From positions 96,001 through 160,000 of the forward strand of contig CAWHTE010000002.1 in the NCBI GenBank assembly GCA_963832165.1: DNA of 64,000 nucleotides, written 5' to 3'. Source of the DNA: an uncultured delta proteobacterium (GTDB lineage: Bacteria; Myxococcota_A; UBA9160; SMWR01). This document shows positions 61,801 through 64,000 of this stretch, in pieces. Position numbers and translations under genes: made by a program. Positions within the stretch are counted from its first letter, which is position 1; the number at the start of each line of letters is the position of its first letter. The notes below the pieces were generated by a model. It made no database searches and was not told where the DNA came from. It saw only the letters and a program-made list of their open reading frames with translations.

Positions 61801-63355
61801 CGAGAGGCTCGCGCGTGCGCCCTCGAGGTCGCCGCTCGCCTGCTGCGCCTGCGCGAGCTCGCGCAGCGCACGCACGTCGGCGGCGTTGCCGCCCGTGATC
61901 GAGCACCTCGATCGCATCCGCGTTCGCACCCGTGAGTCGCAGCGCGCGCGCGAGCATGAGATTGCCGCGCGGGTCCGCCTGGATCTGCTGCGCGCTGCGC
62001 AAGAGCGGCACCGCTTCCGCCGCGCGGTCGGATTCCGTGAGCAGCGCGCCAAGCTCGACGAGCGCGGGGCCGTGCTGCGGCGCGAGCGAGACGGCCTCGC
62101 GCAGTGAGCGCTCCGCCCCGGTCGCGTCGCCGGACGCGCGCTGCGCGCGCCCGATCGCCACGATCAGCTCGGGCGTGCGCGCTCCCGAGGTGGCGGCCCT
62201 GCGGTAGGCGGCGAGTGCCTCGGCGGGGCGGCCCAGGCGCGATTCGAGATCGCCGAGCTGCGCAGCGCTGCGTGGGACGAGCGTGCCATCGAGCTCGGCC
62301 GCGCGCAGGTAGAGGCGGCGCGCGAGCTCGGGGTCGAGTCGCCGCGCCGCGCGCGTGCCCGCGTCGAGCGATGCGGCCGCGAGCGCGGCGGGCCGATCGG
62401 TCTCGATCTCGATCAGGAGATCCGCCGGCGCCGGATCGTCAGAGCTCCGCTCTGCCGCGCGCAGCGCCGCGGCGCGCGCCGCAGCGCGGTCGCCACGAGC
62501 GAGCTGCGCGCGCGCGATCGCGATCTGGATGTCGGCGGAGTTCGGCTCCGCTGCCGAGGCATAACGCAGCGCGAGCTCCGGGCTGCCGAGTGCGAGCTGA
62601 ACCTCGGCGGCCGCGAGCAGCACCGAGGGATCCGAACCGCGCGCGGCGAGTGCGCGCTGCGCGTCGGAGGCGATCAGCGTCCACGCCGTCGAGGCGTCGC
62701 CGCTGGCCGCGAGCACGCGGGCGCGCTCGGGCGCGGGATCGCCCACGCGGCGCGCGCGCGCGGTGAGCGCCTCGCGCTCCCGCATCGCCACGGGCGTCAG
62801 CTTGCCCTGCACCGCGCGCCAGGCGCCGTAGAGTCGGCCCTGTGCCGCGAGCTCGATCGAGCGCGTCGTGCTCGCGAGCTCGTTCACGCCGGGCGACGAG
62901 GAAGTGTCTGCGGAGACGCCGAGCGCGGTCGCGACTCCCGCAAGCGCGTCACTGCACGCGGTACCGAGCGCGTCGAGCGGCGCTTCGCCGCGGCTCGACG
63001 CGAGCAGATCCCCCGTTGCGGCTTCGTACAGGGAGAGCCGCACCTCGACGCGGCCATTCTCCTCGCGCAGCCGCGGGAGCAGCGCGAGCGCGGCTCCGCG
63101 CTGCGGCGCAGCGCCGAGCGCAGCCGGGCCGGCCGCGGTCAGCAGCACCACGTCGCGACCGGCGCCGCGCAGGGATTCCTCGAGCCAGCGGTCGAAGCCG
63201 CGCCCGACCGGCGCGAGGGCCGGATCGGTCTGCGCGGGCGCCAGCGCGAGCGGCTTTCCGGTCTGGGTGCCAGCCGTCGCGGCAAAGGCGAGCAGGAGAC
63301 AGGCAACCAATACGGACAGGCGCGCGCGCTGGAACAGGACGACGGCGGGATTCAT
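58870..63355 (-). CDS. Membrane-spanning TPR-containing Hanks-type Ser/Thr protein kinase (~1490 aa), apparent frameshift near 61897
   Basis: Signal peptide and TPRs (ORF 61394-63355) continue into ORF 58870-62052: TM helix, TPRs, IGRGGMGVVY, VALK, HRDIKTAN, DFG, GTPYYMAPE. Confidence 0.85.
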
Positions 63356-63439
63356 GCCCCCGGTGGATCGGCCTCCGCGGGGCGATCGTTGAGCGCGAAT
63401 CCGCAGCCGCAGCGAGCGGCTCGGGCCCCCGGGGGTCGG

Positions 63440-64000
63440 CTACCGACCGCGGTGCTCGCGGTAGCGCCGGATCCAGGCGTTGGTCGAGCTGTCATGGGCC
63501 GGGGCGCCCGCGCCCTCGAGCTCCACGGCGATCTTCTGGGCGAGCACTTTGCCGAGCTCGACCCCCCACTGGTCGAACGAGTTCACGTCCCAGATCGCGC
63601 CCTGCGCGAACACCTTGTGCTCGTAGAGTGCGATCAGCGCGCCGAGCGTGGCCGGCTCGAGCCGCTGCGCGACCAGCGTGTTGCTGGGTCGGTCGCCCGG
63701 GAAGGTGCGGTGCGGCACCAGCGCCGCGGACACGCGCTGCGCCACCACCTCTTCCGCGCTGCGCCCGAACGCGAGCGCTTCGGTCTGCGCGAACAGGTTC
63801 GCGAGCAGCTGCACGTGCTGATCGCCGCGCGGATGCCCACCCGATGTTGCCTCTAGAAACCCGATGAAGTCGCAGGGCACGAGCGCTGTGCCCTGGTGCA
63901 GCAGCTGATAGAAGGCGTGCTGTCCGTTCGTGCCCGCCGAGCCCCAGACGATCGGGCCGGTCGGGCGCGGCGCAGGTCTGCCGTCGTGCAGCACGCGCTT
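63440..64000 (-). CDS. pgi: Glucose-6-phosphate isomerase, C-terminal part
   Basis: [37 protein letters not shown]. Confidence 0.96.
   Translation of the reverse strand, partial: KRVLHDGRPAPRPTGPIVWGSAGTNGQHAFYQLLHQGTALVPCDFIGFLEATSGGHPRGDQHVQLLANLFAQTEALAFGRSAEEVVAQRVSAALVPHRTFPGDRPSNTLVAQRLEPATLGALIALYEHKVFAQGAIWDVNSFDQWGVELGKVLAQKIAVELEGAGAPAHDSSTNAWIRRYREHRGR

Noticed and set aside
1..64000. tRNA, rRNA, transposase or prophage genes
   Set aside because: None recognisable by eye; a tRNAscan/Infernal run would be needed to exclude small RNAs.

Overview
High-GC (~70%) bacterial window, probably Myxococcota/deltaproteobacterial (paired PilT, receiver-J-domain-TPR protein, PEP-CTERM protein, TPR Ser/Thr kinase). 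The right half (30.6-64 kb) is mostly housekeeping and envelope genes: ddl, larE-like, DEAD helicase, gatCAB, AsmA, ilvE, pilT x2, acyl-CoA dehydrogenase, pgi. The left half (1-30.6 kb) is the notable part. It holds two tandem giant genes (~4450 and 3847 aa) with the layout double zinc ribbon - class III nucleotide cyclase with non-canonical specificity residues - STAND ATPase - helical/TPR region - long shuffled array of SnoaL/NTF2-like domains (about 24 and 19 domains). Both giants, a SAM methyltransferase and a divergent pair of AsnB-like amidotransferases sit behind the same perfect TGTGA-N6-TCACA (CRP-type) palindrome, each at class II activator distance from a -10-like hexamer. This suggests a self-contained cyclic-nucleotide sensing and response regulon (inference). 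The region also carries a GTAG-type REP family that brackets two toxin-antitoxin modules and is inserted in frame inside one giant gene. Five apparent single-base frameshifts are probably assembly indels.
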